Shown: piece after piece, positions 62,704-64,000 of the stretch
How the letters are laid out: the number at the start of each line of letters is the position of its first letter
Numbering within the stretch: the first letter of the stretch is position 1
DNA from: Agrococcus jejuensis
GTDB lineage: Bacteria > Actinomycetota > Actinomycetes > Actinomycetales > Microbacteriaceae
Direction: 5' to 3'
NCBI RefSeq assembly: GCF_007679035.1
Contig: NZ_VEFR01000002.1
Span: 349,245 to 413,244, forward strand
DNA: 64,000 bases
Notes under the pieces: model-generated
What the model saw: the letters and a program-made list of their open reading frames with translations, nothing else
What the model was told of the DNA's origin: nothing
The model's database searches: none
Position numbers and translations under genes: made by a program

Positions 62704-63366
62704 ATGACCACATCCACCCGCACCGTCGCCGACCAGGTGTCGGAGTTCGACGTCGGCTTCGCCGAGACCATCGGTCCCGACCTGTCGGCGGTCTTCGCCA
62801 AGGAGCAGGCCGACCTGAACGCGGCGGGCACCCCCGCGGGCGCCGTCGCCGCGGGCGATCCCCTCCCCGACGCGACCCTCACCACCGTCGACGGCCAGCA
62901 GGTGACCCTCGCATCCGTGCTCGACGGCGCCCCCGCCGTCATCGTCTTCTACCGCGGCGCGTGGTGCCCGTACTGCAACATCACGCTGCAGCACTACGAG
63001 CAGACCCTCGCGGCGACGCTGCGCGAGCAGGGCGTCGGCCTCGTCGCGATCAGCCCCCAGACCCCGGATGGGTCGCAGGCGGCGGTCGCGAACGGCGAGC
63101 TGTCGTTCACGGTGCTGTCCGACCCGGCGAACGCCCTCGCGAGCCAGCTCGGCATCGTCACCGCGCCGAGCGCCGAGGCGCAGGAGGCGCACACGACGCT
63201 CGGCTTCGCGGTGCAGGACTCGAACGCCGACGACACCCCCGGCATCCCGTTCCCGACGGTGCTCGTGGTGGATGCATCGGGCACCGTGCGCTTCGCCGAC
63301 GTGCACGTCGACTACACGACGCGCACGGAGACCGAGGAGATCCTCGAGGCGGTCGCCGCGCTCTGA
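62704..63366 (+). CDS. Peroxiredoxin-like / AhpC-TSA redoxin-family protein
   Basis: The translation is 220 aa. It has the active-site context VIVFYRGAWCPYCN, a thioredoxin fold. Confidence 0.75.
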   Translation: MTTSTRTVADQVSEFDVGFAETIGPDLSAVFAKEQADLNAAGTPAGAVAAGDPLPDATLTTVDGQQVTLASVLDGAPAVIVFYRGAWCPYCNITLQHYEQTLAATLREQGVGLVAISPQTPDGSQAAVANGELSFTVLSDPANALASQLGIVTAPSAEAQEAHTTLGFAVQDSNADDTPGIPFPTVLVVDASGTVRFADVHVDYTTRTETEEILEAVAAL

Positions 63367-63422
63367 CGATCCGGTCGGCTCCTCCTGCATCGCGACGATG
63401 CGGGAGGAGCCCATCCCGTGAC

Positions 63423-63953
63423 TCAGCTCCAGCGCTCTCCGACATGCCCGCGGTAGCCGCGGGCGGCGATCGCCTGCAGCACCGGTCGCACGTCGAACGA
63501 CGCCGGATTCACCACGACCCGGTCGCCGTCGCTGCCGCGCACCTCGAGCACGGGGACGCCACGATGCGAGCGCAGGCTCGAGGCGACGATGTCGTCGTAG
63601 ACGACGCAGCGCACCCGTCCGAGCGCCGTGCGCTGGTAGACGCGGTCGTCGAGCACGGCGAGGCGCCAGTTGCGGTGCAGCACGACGATGCCCAGTCCGC
63701 CGAGCACCATCGCGACCGAGGCGATCCGCATCGGCACCGGGTCGTCGGCCTCGTCGAGTCCGAACGCGACGAGCGCCATGAGCGCGCCGGCGACGAGGAT
63801 GAGCCACCCGAGCAGGGCGATCACGATCGGCAGGCGCACGCCGCCCCCGATCGCGGGCGTCGGCCTGCGCCGCATCCATCGGCTCGCCAGCCCGACGAGG
63901 GCCACGACCGCGACCGTCGCGGCTGCGACCAGCACGGGGCGCATCCACTCCAT
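63423..63953 (-). CDS. Membrane protein with two N-terminal transmembrane helices and a PH-like C-terminal domain (hypothetical)
   Basis: The 176-aa protein has hydrophobic helices (VLVAAATVAVVALVGL and LPIVIALLGWLILVAGALMALVAF) followed by a soluble domain. Confidence 0.45.
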   Translation of the reverse strand: MEWMRPVLVAAATVAVVALVGLASRWMRRRPTPAIGGGVRLPIVIALLGWLILVAGALMALVAFGLDEADDPVPMRIASVAMVLGGLGIVVLHRNWRLAVLDDRVYQRTALGRVRCVVYDDIVASSLRSHRGVPVLEVRGSDGDRVVVNPASFDVRPVLQAIAARGYRGHVGERWS

Positions 63954-64000
63954 CGCTCAGCCCTTCGTGTCGCGCGTCGTCGCGATCAGCCGTCGACCCG

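Overview
This is a 64 kb, very GC-rich (roughly 70%) chromosomal segment that looks actinobacterial, probably Microbacteriaceae-like. The taxonomic guess comes from gene content and codon bias only. All calls rest on reading the six-frame ORF translations plus direct inspection of the nucleotide sequence. Coordinates are derived from the ORF track, since my by-eye reading of raw positions may be off by a base or two. Note that the ORF track displays GTG and TTG starts as M.

Gene content, mostly ordinary metabolism and transport:
- An MFS transporter 3' fragment, a nitroreductase, a Xi-class glutathione S-transferase (glutathionyl-hydroquinone reductase type), and a luciferase-like (LLM) oxidoreductase.
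- A two-component pair: a sensor histidine kinase followed by an OmpR-family response regulator.
- An aminoglycoside-phosphotransferase-fold kinase.
- An AbgT-family transporter and an M20 amidohydrolase, with a divergently transcribed AsnC-family regulator.
- A flotillin-family protein.
- A 2-keto-3-deoxygluconate / hexuronate-type catabolic cluster (Zn-dependent dehydrogenase, kduD, eda, kdgK). It faces a divergently transcribed dctPQM TRAP transporter, kduI and an IclR regulator.
- Small regulators: MarR, with an SRPBCC protein next to it, and LysR.
- A proVWX glycine-betaine ABC transporter.
- Two VOC-fold genes and a dihydrofolate-reductase-family gene.
- A tandem pair of CNNM/CorC-type (hemolysin-family) genes, and a peroxiredoxin-like protein.

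Three things stand out:
1. A single 17.5 kb ORF (13265..30751, minus strand) encoding a 5,828-aa protein. It has a signal peptide, roughly 50 tandem ~95-100-aa Ig-like repeats (Big_9 / tandem-95 style) and a C-terminal LPRTG sortase sorting signal. It is a giant cell-wall-anchored adhesin-like protein.
2. A 992-aa natural fusion in the order cytochrome P450, adrenodoxin-reductase-like FAD/NADPH flavoprotein, flavodoxin (48765..51743, minus strand). This is a self-sufficient P450 whose redox module resembles XplB plus the flavodoxin of XplA, but in a different order.
3. A very rich set of structured non-coding repeats:
   - Two ~350-400 bp arrays with a ~21-bp period and a TGACnnGTCA palindromic core bracket a small secreted (PA)n protein gene.
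   - Two upstream regions share an 18-bp CATGAGAG..CTCTCATG palindrome.
   - Several families of dispersed GC-rich palindromic (REP/MITE-like) elements sit at gene 3' ends and in divergent promoters.
   - One family is amplified into a ~700 bp tandem block.

I recognised no rRNA, tRNA, CRISPR array, transposase or integrase.
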